Of a DNA stretch of 64,000 nucleotides, positions 9,789-19,545 are shown piece after piece. The notes under the pieces are model-generated. The model made no database searches. It had not been told where the DNA came from and saw only the letters and a program-made list of their open reading frames with translations. The stretch spans positions 2,048,001 to 2,112,000 of the forward strand of contig OZ250150.1 of NCBI GenBank assembly GCA_965237675.1, read 5' to 3'. The first letter of the stretch is position 1, and each line of letters starts with the position of its first letter. The translations under genes and the position numbers were made by a program. The DNA is from Candidatus Latescibacterota bacterium. Lineage in GTDB: Bacteria; Latescibacterota; UBA2968; GCA-2709665.

Positions 9789-9804
9789 TGCACAAATTGT
9801 GCCA
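9789..9804 (-). promoter_or_regulatory. sigma-54 -24/-12 promoter
   Basis: TGGCACAATTTGTGCA on the minus strand with canonical GG-N10-GC spacing, just upstream of the 9762 start. Confidence 0.75.
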
Positions 9805-10001
9805 ACTATTCCTGAAAACGATCAATTCATTGAAGATTAGGGAGTTAGATCATACAGGAGAATGACGGAAGATCTTGCGAGTGTTGTATAATGCGTCGCC
9901 GTAGATCGTCAGGGTGACTGCATGTCAGTTGCAAAGAATATGTCATAAATAACTGTTTATAAGGAAATTATGAGAATAATCCTAAAGGAGTATGGAGGGA
10001 A

Positions 10002-10037
10002 TGTTGCAAATGACGACTAAAGTCGCTTTTTGCAACG
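10002..10037. promoter_or_regulatory. candidate tandem enhancer (UAS) sites
   Basis: TGTTGCAAATGACGACT-AA-AGTCGCTTTTTGCAACG dyad ~200 bp upstream of the sigma-54 promoter. Similar TGTTGTATAATGCGTCG at 9882-9898. Confidence 0.5.
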
Positions 10038-10297
10038 CAATGGCTGGGTTCTCTGTCTCGAGTTCTGCCTAACAACGAATAAAAAACTCCTGACGAACCG
10101 GTATTGCCCCGGGGCGGGAGCGAGAGCCACTCGAGTTCGGGGAAGAAGGCTTCCGGGCGCCGGCGCCAATGCTGCTTCCGCCCGCAGATGCAGGTCGTGA
10201 GTATGGTGTTCACGCCGCAATTCATGCGTGACCCGCCGGCGCGGACGGACGTTCACCAGGTACCGGATGCGAGCGTAAGAGGGCGTTTTTGCAATGG

Positions 10298-12415
10298 CTA
10301 TCCCGCATCTACCCGCGAGGTTACTGCGGAAAGCGGCAGCAAGACGCCCATGGTCGTTCCATGGCCCTTGCCTTCGCTCAACGGTTCGATTCGTCCACCG
10401 GAAGCAATGACGAAGTTGGCCGCCGAATGGAGGCCGAGCCCGCTGCCCGATTTCTTTGTGGTATAACCCGGGGTAAACAGCACCCCGGTGTCTTTGTTCT
10501 CGATACCGATGCCGTTGTCGATTATTTCAAGGTAAAGAAAGCCGTCGGCGACGCGGGCCGTTATCCTTATGTGGGGCGTTTCCTGGAGTCCGAACAAAAC
10601 GGCATGTTCATCGATGGCTTCAATCGAATTCTTGACCAGGTTGACCAGCATCTGGTGAAACTGGCTCTCACGGACGCGAATCTCCTGCGGCGCATTACCA
10701 CAGTCTACGTCGGTCTGGATCCCCCTTCTGTTGAGTGAGTCTCTCAACACCCTGAATGCACCCGAGAGTGCGTCGTAGAGATCGATATCCTTTCGATCCA
10801 TATCGGAACCGTCGAGGGCCTTTTGGGTGCGGATGATATCGGCGATGCGATTGGCGCGATCCCTGACGCGCACGACCGTCTTCATCAGTTCGTCATTTCT
10901 CCTGCCGAAGTCTTCGGCGAGGTTGATGATGAACGGCATCACCTTTCGGCCCTGTGGGTCGTTGGCAATATAGCCGATCCAATCGCCCTGGTGCGCGCCA
11001 ATAGCGTCGGCGAGTGCGAACAGGCGGCGTCCGGCGCGGTCATTGGTCAAATTTCGGCGGACGGTCTCGATTCCTGTGGTGACACTGTTCATTGCGTTGC
11101 CGATGTTGTGGAGAATGGTATCGACCATCTCCAGGCGCCCCTGGTCGAATGCCTGCGCCAAGGACTCCTCGACGAGGACGCGCTCGGTAACATCGCGGAA
11201 GATAACCACGCCGCCCCTGATTTCTCCCATGTTGTCGAGAAGGGGCCGTCCGCTCATCCGGATGTAGACGCCATCCGGCTTCTTCTCGTTCCGTATGAAT
11301 ACCTCCTCCTCGTCCGTGGACTCGCCGCGGCGAATGGCTCGCATAAGCGGCAGATCCTCCGTCTTCATGGGTGTTTCCCGATTGGGATAGTATGCGCCGC
11401 ATTTCTCGGCCCACTTGTCGGGGGGTTCGTCGGTTATATCCATTCCCAAGATTTGTTGTGCGCCAGGATTGACATAGAGGAACTTTCCCGCTGAATCAGC
11501 GACGGCGATGCCGTCACTGATACTCTTGAAAGTGGTTTCCATGAGTTCGCTCTGGTTGCGGAGTTCCCTGATGGTTGTCTCCAATTCCGCAGCCGAACGT
11601 TTCGGCCAGGTAACGTCGCGGAACACGAACACGGCGCCTCTCGAAACACCGGTTTCCCGCATCAAGGGCCTGCTGCTCACCCTGATATGGACGCCCTCCT
11701 GCTTCTGGTCGTTCCGTATGAACGCCTCGACCTCGTCGACGGGCTCGCCTTTGAGCGCGGAATACAGCGGGTTCTGGTCGAACGGAAAGTGTGTCTTTCC
11801 GTCCGGTTGAAAAACACCGTATTTTTCGGGCCACCGGACGATATCCGTTTCGAGGGGATGGTCGCCAACAATGCGTAGCCCGCTCGAATTGTGAAATAGA
11901 ATGGTCCCGTCTTCACTTATGGCCACCACACCCTCGCTCATGCTATTGAATACGGTTTCCAGGAGTTCCGTGTGGTATCTCAATTTATCGATTGTACGTT
12001 CCAACCCGATTCGAGTCTCTCGGTGATTGCGTTCCCTCTCGTGCAGGAGGACTGCGGTCTGGATGTTCAGTTGGAGTTGGCCAGCGTCGAAAGGCTTAAG
12101 CACGTATCCGTACGGATTCGTTGCCTGCGCCCGTTCAATCAGTTCTCCCCTGGTGGTGTCAGTCAGGTACACAACGGGAACATCGTACCGGCCGCCAAGC
12201 AGTTCGGCTACTTCAGGACCGGTTTGGTCCCCGACAAGCCCGAGATTGACCAGCGCCAAGTGGGGTCGGGCGTTCTCGGCGATTTCGACAGCCTCGCGCG
12301 CGCCCTCAACCGTCGCGGATACAGTGTATCCCATATTCTTCAGGCATTCCTTCAGATCCGATGCGAAGGGTTGGTCGTGTTCTACAATCAGAATCTTTGG
12401 AATTGGATTCGACAT
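10298..12415 (-). CDS. cytoplasmic hybrid histidine kinase (REC-PAS-PAS-HisKA-HATPase)
   Basis: ILIVEHD receiver, two similar PAS blocks, ILHNIGN H-box, NLVKNS, DNGIGI, GSGLGL. Start placed at MSNPIPK. Confidence 0.92.
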   Translation of the reverse strand: MSNPIPKILIVEHDQPFASDLKECLKNMGYTVSATVEGAREAVEIAENARPHLALVNLGLVGDQTGPEVAELLGGRYDVPVVYLTDTTRGELIERAQATNPYGYVLKPFDAGQLQLNIQTAVLLHERERNHRETRIGLERTIDKLRYHTELLETVFNSMSEGVVAISEDGTILFHNSSGLRIVGDHPLETDIVRWPEKYGVFQPDGKTHFPFDQNPLYSALKGEPVDEVEAFIRNDQKQEGVHIRVSSRPLMRETGVSRGAVFVFRDVTWPKRSAAELETTIRELRNQSELMETTFKSISDGIAVADSAGKFLYVNPGAQQILGMDITDEPPDKWAEKCGAYYPNRETPMKTEDLPLMRAIRRGESTDEEEVFIRNEKKPDGVYIRMSGRPLLDNMGEIRGGVVIFRDVTERVLVEESLAQAFDQGRLEMVDTILHNIGNAMNSVTTGIETVRRNLTNDRAGRRLFALADAIGAHQGDWIGYIANDPQGRKVMPFIINLAEDFGRRNDELMKTVVRVRDRANRIADIIRTQKALDGSDMDRKDIDLYDALSGAFRVLRDSLNRRGIQTDVDCGNAPQEIRVRESQFHQMLVNLVKNSIEAIDEHAVLFGLQETPHIRITARVADGFLYLEIIDNGIGIENKDTGVLFTPGYTTKKSGSGLGLHSAANFVIASGGRIEPLSEGKGHGTTMGVLLPLSAVTSRVDAG

Positions 12416-12613
12416 ACTTTGCACTTTCTCTATTGGCTTATCGTATTCGCGGGTGAATCGATGCCGGCGCCCAACGCTGGTTTGAACCGCATGGGTCCGA
12501 ACGCCACCGGACAAAACGCATGCGTACGTAACAAGGGCGCCGCCAAACTCGTACGTCTTCTTGACGCTGCCATGGCCTACGCATCTAACACCGCCCCGAC
12601 CCCTTCCGCCTAT

Positions 12614-13846
12614 TCATTCCGCCTGCGGTTTTTCCCAGGACACCCGCATCCCCCGCTTTCGAAATTCAGCAATATGCGTTCGTATCGACTCCCCTGTTAG
12701 GGGATTGCCGCGGACAATCAGCCTCGCCAGGTTGTTGAGCCCGGAAAGGGCGGATATGTCCATGATGCGGTTTTGCCCAAGATTCAGGGTTTCCAGGTTA
12801 ACCAGACCGGACAGAGACTTTATGTCGCTGATGGCGTTGTTGTGAAGGTACAGGTGTTCGAGATTGGCCAACCCGGAGAGGGGCGACAGGTCCGTAATGC
12901 CGTTATGACCGAGATGCAGCCTTTCGAGTTTTCTCAATGGGGACAACAGCCTCAAATCGCTGATGCCGTTCCTGTCAACGTACAGTCGGGTCAGGTTGGT
13001 CAATCCCGACAGCGGCGAGAGGTCACTGATGCCGTTTCTATCCAGGTCCAGTTCTTTCAGGTTCTTCAACCCGGATAGAGGTTTCAGGTCACTGATGCCG
13101 TTGCTGTCAAGCCGCAGCCCGGTCAGGCTGGTCAGTCCAGATAGGGGCGCCATGTCGCTGATGCCGTTGCTGTCCAGATCCAGTTCCTTCAGGTTTTTCA
13201 GTTCGGACAGAGGCGCTATGTCACTGATGCCGTTGCCTTCAAGTCGCAGCCCCGTCAGGCTGGTCAGCCCGGACAGGGGTGACAGGTCGCTGATGCCGTT
13301 GCTGTCCAGATCCAGTCCCTTCAGGTTTTTCAGTTCGGACAGAGGCTCTATATTGCTGATGCCATTGCCTTCAAGACGCAACCTTTTCAGGTTGGTCAGC
13401 CCCGACAGGGGCGATACGTCACTGATGCCGTTATCACCCAGGTACAGCCTTTCGAGGGTTTTCAACTCCGACAGAGGCCCTATGTCGCTGATGCGGTTGC
13501 CATCAAGACGCAGCCTTGTAAGATTGGTCAGGCCGGACAGGGGTGAAAGATCGCTGATGTCGTTGGCGTCAAAATTCAGCGACACCAGGTTTTTTGCATG
13601 CTCAAGTCCGTCCAGATGAACGATACTGTCGCGCTGCGCTGCCAGACGTGTTAATGTTGCCAGATCGGCCGCGGTGATCGGCTCACCGTCCGGCTTGTTC
13701 AGGGAATTCCGAACAACCGCTTGCAAACGTTTGTCTGGAAACAAAAACAGCGTGGATTCGGGAGCCGGAGGTTTGGCGACTTCCCGCGGTCCGGCGCAAC
13801 CGGGAAAGCCAAAGACGGCCGCCGACAATATGACTCTGTAGATCAT
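12614..13846 (-). CDS. internalin-like leucine-rich-repeat protein, probable lipoprotein
   Basis: Signal MIYRVILSAAVFGFPGC, cap FPDKRLQAVVR, ~14 repeats of 22 aa (LSPLSGLTNLxxLxLxxNxISD). Confidence 0.92.
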   Translation of the reverse strand: MIYRVILSAAVFGFPGCAGPREVAKPPAPESTLFLFPDKRLQAVVRNSLNKPDGEPITAADLATLTRLAAQRDSIVHLDGLEHAKNLVSLNFDANDISDLSPLSGLTNLTRLRLDGNRISDIGPLSELKTLERLYLGDNGISDVSPLSGLTNLKRLRLEGNGISNIEPLSELKNLKGLDLDSNGISDLSPLSGLTSLTGLRLEGNGISDIAPLSELKNLKELDLDSNGISDMAPLSGLTSLTGLRLDSNGISDLKPLSGLKNLKELDLDRNGISDLSPLSGLTNLTRLYVDRNGISDLRLLSPLRKLERLHLGHNGITDLSPLSGLANLEHLYLHNNAISDIKSLSGLVNLETLNLGQNRIMDISALSGLNNLARLIVRGNPLTGESIRTHIAEFRKRGMRVSWEKPQAE

Positions 13847-14167
13847 GCGCATCTCCATTTTTGCTGTCTGGCGCCGCCGCGTGCGTGTTCCTGGCGACGA
13901 GCCGGGCATAGTTTTACCCACTCGATCCCGGAAACCGGGGTCTCCGCGATTACACATGTGTCCACTGATTGGTGACAATATGGTTAGGTTGAAGAATTCG
14001 CCTGTGAAGATAGGGTGAAAGCATCGCTTTGACAATTCAAAACCGAAACGGCCCGGGCCGTTCGGCTTCGGACCGACAGGAGAGGAGGGGAAGAGGTCTG
14101 GTGGGTTGGTAACGATTGGGGTGCGCGGATGCGGCGGTCCTTCAGGGGTTCCCGGCCAGTTGGTTTC

Positions 14168-14611
14168 TTAATCCGACTGATGGACGAAAATAAGTCCAGT
14201 AACGAAGAAACCTAATATCGTTCCGACTGCAACGCCCGCCACAAAAACAGGTAATTCACGAACCAATTCACGATATTCGATGCTCTCGATGTCTGAATAG
14301 TGCAACGTTAACTCCCGACTGACAGTACCACGGGCATAAAACACGATAGGGGTTACTGTCAGTGACGTTAGACCGATCTTTTCAATAATACCCTCGATAA
14401 CTTCACCGTTTGTCGGCCCACGGGCACCCTCGCGAATTCTTATCCTTACGCGCATGCCCTCTTTGAGTTTCCCCAGAACCAGCTCTTGCATCGGAGTCTT
14501 TTTGTCCCACCAGGGGACCCCGCTCCCGCGATCCAGGGGTCGCCATGTACTGCATCCGACCGTTTGCAGCGCAATCGCTATGATCAAAACGATATTAATC
14601 GCGCGTATCAT
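14168..14611 (-). CDS. hypothetical lipoprotein, paralogue A1 (Sm-like module + C-terminal TM helix)
   Basis: GAGGAGG RBS, lipobox-like TVGC, hydrophobic C-terminus. Close paralogue of 14777-15223 and 19976-20419. Confidence 0.85.
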   Translation of the reverse strand: MIRAINIVLIIAIALQTVGCSTWRPLDRGSGVPWWDKKTPMQELVLGKLKEGMRVRIRIREGARGPTNGEVIEGIIEKIGLTSLTVTPIVFYARGTVSRELTLHYSDIESIEYRELVRELPVFVAGVAVGTILGFFVTGLIFVHQSD

Positions 14612-14776
14612 TCTGTAGCCTCCTCACACTAAGACAGCGTGACGGCATTGTTCTCCGCCACAGGTGCGGTTAGCCTTCGCGACGAAGGGGAAACCCCCGA
14701 CGGAGATCCGTGAGGTGGTCGCGATTGGCGTTCCGCCGACGGGGCGGCACTGCCGGTATTCCGGTTAGTTGTGTTG

Positions 14777-15223
14777 TTAGTCCAACTGGATCCCAGATAG
14801 TCCATAAAGAAAGAGGAAGAAACCCAATACCGTTCCGACTGCAACGCCCGCCACAAAAACAGTTAATCCACGATTCGATTCGCGATATTCGATACTCTCG
14901 ATGTCTGGATAGTTCAACGTTAGCCTCCGACTGACATTATCGGGGAAAAAATATGTCGAAGCGGTTAATGTCAGCGTCGTTTTCCCGATCTTTTCAACTA
15001 TACATTCGAGAACTTGGCCTTTGATCGGAGCAGGGGTACCCTCGAGAATCCTTATCCTTACGCGCATACCTTCTTTGAGATTCCCCAGAACCAGCTCTTG
15101 CATGGAAGACTGTCTGTCATCCTCGGAGACCTCGTTCACGCGAGCCAGGGGTCGCCATGTACTGCATCCGACCGTTTGCAACGCAATCGCTACGATCAAG
15201 ACGATATTGATGGCGCGTATCAT
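14777..15223 (-). CDS. hypothetical lipoprotein, paralogue A2
   Basis: MIRAINIVLIVAIALQTVGCSTWRPL, KEGMRVRIRI, DIESIEYR, VFVAGVAVG. Confidence 0.85.
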   Translation of the reverse strand: MIRAINIVLIVAIALQTVGCSTWRPLARVNEVSEDDRQSSMQELVLGNLKEGMRVRIRILEGTPAPIKGQVLECIVEKIGKTTLTLTASTYFFPDNVSRRLTLNYPDIESIEYRESNRGLTVFVAGVAVGTVLGFFLFLYGLSGIQLD

Positions 15224-15331
15224 TCTTTCGCCTCCTCGATTCGTGGGGATGCGACGATTTTATTGATCATGGAATCGGCCATCTGTGTGTGTTGCCCGTC
15301 GGACATCTCGGCATAAAAGCCGGCCTTTCGT

Positions 15332-16300
15332 TCAGAGATACAGCGCGACGCTGAAGACATGGATCCTTTGATCTCTCACAGACCCGCCAAAGCCCCTGTT
15401 GGCGTAATCCACGGCGATTCCACTGCCGCCTGCTGTGGTAAAATCGAATCCGAAACCCAACGCGATGGGAGTCCGGGATTTTTGTCCTGCTCGCAGCGAA
15501 ATGGCAAGTGAATACCCCGGAGCCAATGAAGTAATATGGGTATACTCCACACCCGTGTGCAGTGCGGATTGACCGTGGGGATAGAAGGGTCTGGTCAGGT
15601 CAACGGCGATGTCGAGGCGATACGGGAAGGGCTCGAAACCCATCGTCGATATCAAATCGATGAGCACCCCCGCCCGGACCTGCTTCGGAACGGCAATGCG
15701 CTCTGGCTCGCCCATTGCTCCGGTGCTCAGGTTTCGTGCGCCCAGCGCGATCATCGCATTCCGGGACTCCGTGGCGAAATACGCGCCGAGATCGAGGGCA
15801 AAAGCGTTCCAGGTCCCGTCCCCATACCCTTCGCGGATCAACTTGACAGCGGTACCCAGCGCAAATCGGTCGTTCATCTCCGCTCCCCAGGCGCCGGTAA
15901 CGGCGTAGTTTTTAACGTCCAGGGTCGTGCTGCTTCGGTTATCGTAAATGGTAGTGCGTCCGGCGTCGAAGTTCTGCAACGAAAGTCCGAACGTTCCTGC
16001 CTTCGATACCCTCCCCGCAATGCATGCTACGTGTTTTTTGGTACGACCATACCAATCCACATACGTATAAGTCGCGTCTATCCTCTCCACGAAGGCGAGC
16101 CCCGCCGGATTATACACCATGGTCGAGGCGCTTCCCACCGACGCGACGCCGGTTGCGCCAAGCGCTTCGTCACGGGCGCCGTTGGGCAACAGGAGAAAGG
16201 TGAACCCAACTCTGCGATCGGGTAGTCCCTGGGCGAATCCCTTGTCTGCCATCAGTCCGGCAGATAGCACACATAGTCCCAACGCGATGAACTGTCTCAT
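15332..16300 (-). CDS. PorV/PorQ-like (UPF0164) outer-membrane beta-barrel
   Basis: Signal peptide, FTFLLLPNGARDEALG, YNPAGLA, AFALDLG, amphipathic terminal strand. Confidence 0.85.
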   Translation of the reverse strand: MRQFIALGLCVLSAGLMADKGFAQGLPDRRVGFTFLLLPNGARDEALGATGVASVGSASTMVYNPAGLAFVERIDATYTYVDWYGRTKKHVACIAGRVSKAGTFGLSLQNFDAGRTTIYDNRSSTTLDVKNYAVTGAWGAEMNDRFALGTAVKLIREGYGDGTWNAFALDLGAYFATESRNAMIALGARNLSTGAMGEPERIAVPKQVRAGVLIDLISTMGFEPFPYRLDIAVDLTRPFYPHGQSALHTGVEYTHITSLAPGYSLAISLRAGQKSRTPIALGFGFDFTTAGGSGIAVDYANRGFGGSVRDQRIHVFSVALYL

Positions 16301-16397
16301 GATCTGCCAGCCTCCAGAATGGATTGCCGTACAAGAAACCTGGAATGCCATACGGCGTGGAAAAGAGGTTCTCCCGTTGCCACCGAGCCACTTCTGA

Positions 16398-17435
16398 TCA
16401 CATCTCGATTGAGACGCTTAGCAACTGCACGCGATCGTCCTTGATCTCCTCATTAATGATCGCCCCAATATAGGAGTCAACCGCGACGCCCAGACCCCTT
16501 CTGACGTAATCCACGGCAATCCGCCGGCCGCTCGCCGACCTGAATTCCAGCCCGCCGCCCCATCCAAAGGGATTCGGGGATGCGTACCCTCCTCGAATGG
16601 AAATACCGAGTGAATATCCGCCTGCTCGTCGCATCAAATACGTATATTCGACACCCACGCGCAGCGTGGTGTCACCTGACGTTCGGATAGGCTTGTAGAG
16701 GTCGGCGGCCAGGTCCAGGTAGTGCGGAAAGGGTTCCAGACCCAGCGTGGAGATCAGATCGATGAGTACCCCGGCGCGGATACGCTTCGGTACGACGTAT
16801 TCCTCCGGCTCGCCCAGAAAGCCACCAGTCAGGTTCCGCGCGCCCACGGCGATGATTGTATTGCGGGACTTCGACGCGTAGTACGCGCCCAGATCGAAGG
16901 CAAAGACATTTTCATTCCTGACCGTAAACGCCTCATGGATGAGCTTGAGGGTGGATCCGATCGCAAATCGATCGGCAATCCTCCAGCCGCAGGCGCCGGA
17001 AACGGCATACTGGTTTACATCTTCAGTGCGTAATCCTCGATCGTAATTCTGGACTGAAAGACCGAGCGACCATCTTTCGGCTGCATTCGCGGCAATCCCG
17101 ACGACATAGTTCCTTTCATTATATTCCAGGTCCGCGTATCCCTGCTCGGCCGAGATCCAAACGTTGTCAGCTTTCCGGTTCGTGTTCGCGAATGTTAAGC
17201 CCGCATCCAATCCCACCACGAAGGCGAGGCCCGCCGGATTGTACATAATGGCCATAGCACTCCCGATGGTACTCACGCCGGTTGCGCCTAACGCTTCGTC
17301 ACGGGCGCTGAAGGGTTGCCGCAGAAAGTGAAAACCCGTGTATTGGGCGGGCGTCTCCTGAGCGTATCCTCGTTGTGCCATTGGACAGGCGCAGAGTGCG
17401 CAGAATATAGTCAGAATAATGCGTCTCATCGTCAT
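16398..17435 (-). CDS. PorV/PorQ-like (UPF0164) outer-membrane beta-barrel, paralogue
   Basis: FHFLRQPFSARDEALG, YNPAGLA, VFAFDLG. Tandem duplicate of the adjacent gene. Confidence 0.85.
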   Translation of the reverse strand: MTMRRIILTIFCALCACPMAQRGYAQETPAQYTGFHFLRQPFSARDEALGATGVSTIGSAMAIMYNPAGLAFVVGLDAGLTFANTNRKADNVWISAEQGYADLEYNERNYVVGIAANAAERWSLGLSVQNYDRGLRTEDVNQYAVSGACGWRIADRFAIGSTLKLIHEAFTVRNENVFAFDLGAYYASKSRNTIIAVGARNLTGGFLGEPEEYVVPKRIRAGVLIDLISTLGLEPFPHYLDLAADLYKPIRTSGDTTLRVGVEYTYLMRRAGGYSLGISIRGGYASPNPFGWGGGLEFRSASGRRIAVDYVRRGLGVAVDSYIGAIINEEIKDDRVQLLSVSIEM

Positions 17436-17628
17436 TCACCCTTCGTGATTGGTTGCCGCACCGAACCTGGAGACTATCGAACCGCATCGAAACTGAACGT
17501 CACCCTAGGGCGCTGTGGGCGACGCGAAATTTCTACGGAGTTACCGTGTACGACCCGTTGAGACCACCGGAGGCCGGGAACGACGCTGAATGCCGCTTCC
17601 CGACGGTGCCCGGGTCCAATGTTGGCTT

Positions 17629-18888
17629 CTACCTGCCGCCGAGTACGGTGCCGACGTTCAAAAGGAGCTCGATCTGATTTGCCTGTTCGTACTCATCCCC
17701 GAGCCATCGCACGTATTGCACCTCGTATCTGAGCACGATGCCGCTGTGGAGAACATGCCGGGTTCCCAGGCCAACCCCGGCGCCGAATCGAGAGCCAAAA
17801 TAGTCGCCGTCAATAGTCGTGGCGAAAATCCGGCCATACGGCGAACTCGAAGCCGATCCACGGGCGAGAAAACTGAATCCACCCTGTGCGACCCTCGCAG
17901 TGCTGGCGTCCCCTTCGCCAAGTGAGACATGGGAAACGGCTATTCCAAAATCGAAAGCCAGACGATCCATAAGAAATGAGGTCATATAAATCGATGGCGA
18001 CAGCCGTACCAGACCTCCCCCGGCGCTGGCGATCTTCAGGGCATCACCGGATTGGCCCTTCAGGACAGAATACGAGAGTAGATTCGCGCCAATTTCGCCC
18101 CTGGGCCTGTTCCGAGTTTCGAATCCTGCAGTAACCCTGGGTTTGGGCCAGGCTTCAACGGCGTCGCGTTTTTCAGCAACAACGATCACGTCGATCTCCT
18201 CGAACGCAATCTGCAGGCTTTTCCGTCTTGCAAGCCCGCGCCGCCTGGCGGGAGGCGCGTATTCGATTGTGACGCCAACGGAGTCCATGGCAACAATCTC
18301 TCCTGTTACCGCGCCTTCCTTCCCTTCCGTCGTGTAGACCACGTGAGCATACCAGCCCGTCGCGATTTGCGAAGGGTCGAGGTCGCCCCGGTACATTACG
18401 GTCACGTAGTCGGCAGCCTGCCGTGCCCGTCGCCATTTCTCAAGGGTCCGCCTGTCCGGTGCGACGGCGAGTGTCTCAATAACCGCATAAGCGATTTCCC
18501 GTCTTTCCCAGGGTCCGGATTTCACGACTATGCCATCCGTGTCTTTACCGACAATTTCCCCGTTGACGGTTCCCCGGACGCCTTCCGCCGCGTAGACGAC
18601 GTGCGCGAACCACCCCTTGACAATCTTCAAGGTGTCCAATTCCGCACGCGTCATTACAAGAACGCCCATCTCGCGGGACCACTGGTCGGATAGTTGCTCC
18701 CCACCGCTCTCGTCCCCCGTCTGCTCTACTTCTGTACTGTCTTCGGCGGCGATTGAGGCGAGTGTAGGCCCGGTTGGTGCGCTTCCTACGGGATCGACAC
18801 CCGCATCGCGTTGTGCCGCAAACGAATGGCCAGGCCAGAACATGATTACAAGCGTGATCGCGATCAGAACTGTAGGGTAACGTATCAT
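17629..18888 (-). CDS. secreted protein: two GWYAHVVY modules + probable small beta-barrel
   Basis: GGGAGG RBS, signal peptide, two ~85-aa repeats, C-terminal ~150 aa of alternating strands (SPYGRIF, FGAGVGLGTRH, LRYEVQYVRW). Confidence 0.8.
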   Translation of the reverse strand: MIRYPTVLIAITLVIMFWPGHSFAAQRDAGVDPVGSAPTGPTLASIAAEDSTEVEQTGDESGGEQLSDQWSREMGVLVMTRAELDTLKIVKGWFAHVVYAAEGVRGTVNGEIVGKDTDGIVVKSGPWERREIAYAVIETLAVAPDRRTLEKWRRARQAADYVTVMYRGDLDPSQIATGWYAHVVYTTEGKEGAVTGEIVAMDSVGVTIEYAPPARRRGLARRKSLQIAFEEIDVIVVAEKRDAVEAWPKPRVTAGFETRNRPRGEIGANLLSYSVLKGQSGDALKIASAGGGLVRLSPSIYMTSFLMDRLAFDFGIAVSHVSLGEGDASTARVAQGGFSFLARGSASSSPYGRIFATTIDGDYFGSRFGAGVGLGTRHVLHSGIVLRYEVQYVRWLGDEYEQANQIELLLNVGTVLGGR

Positions 18889-18968
18889 AAATGCCTCCCG
18901 GGTTAAGGATTTTTCGTTTACCTTCTCGCATTAGCGAGCGACACGTAATTGGTTGGTAGCATGATGCA

Positions 18969-18996
18969 GCTGTCAGCGATCAGCTCTCAGCCGTCA
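18969..18996 (+). repeat. heptamer tandem repeat (GCNNTCA)x4
   Basis: GCTGTCA GCGATCA GCTCTCA GCCGTCA directly before the intron 5' end. Confidence 0.8.
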
Positions 18997-19545
18997 GTGC
19001 GCCGTGCAAAGGCGCGGATCTTCAGTGGGTGAGAGTCCCACCCGACAAGGGTTGCTTCAGTCGGTAGCAACCGGAGCAGGGACGTAGGTAACGAAATCTC
19101 TGACGCCTCCGGTGTAAAGGGTCGCAAGGCGACCCCGCGAGTATGCAGGCCGTAACGAGCAGTGAACGCTGAGCAGGCCTCGGAAAAAGCTAATGCGGGA
19201 GCCGGGAGATTGGTATGAGCCGGAGACCTCCGGAGAAGGTTCGGAAGCTACAGAGGACGTTACATGCCAAAGCGAAGGAATCGCCCGACTACCGATTCTA
19301 CGCGGTTTATGACAAAGTGTATCGGGAGGACGTCCTGCACTGGGCCTACCGCTGTTGCAAGGCCAACGGCGGCGCGGCAGGTGTGGATGGAGAGACGTTC
19401 GAGGATAACGAGTCATATGGACGAGAACGGTGGTTAGGCGAACTGTCGGAAGCCGTGAGAAGCAAATCGTATCGAGCAGCCCCGATCCGCCGGGTCTACA
19501 TCCCGAAGGGGGACGGCAGGCAGCGTCCGCTGGGCATCCCGACGA
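18997..19545 (+). mobile_element. group II intron, 5' fragment
   Basis: Starts GTGCG, has domain-I-like sequence (GTGAGAGTCCC, GGTAACGAA, GGCCGTAAC) and is followed by the RT N-terminus. No DV/DVI seen. Confidence 0.85.
19215..19545 (+). pseudogene. group II intron reverse transcriptase, truncated at RPLGIPT
   Basis: KVRKLQRTL, RFYAVYDKV, GAAGVDG, RRVYIPKGDGRQRPLGIPT, then unrelated sequence. No YADD. Confidence 0.92.

Noticed and set aside
12700-13620. Non-coding tandem array
   Set aside because: The 66-bp periodicity is fully explained by LRR coding.
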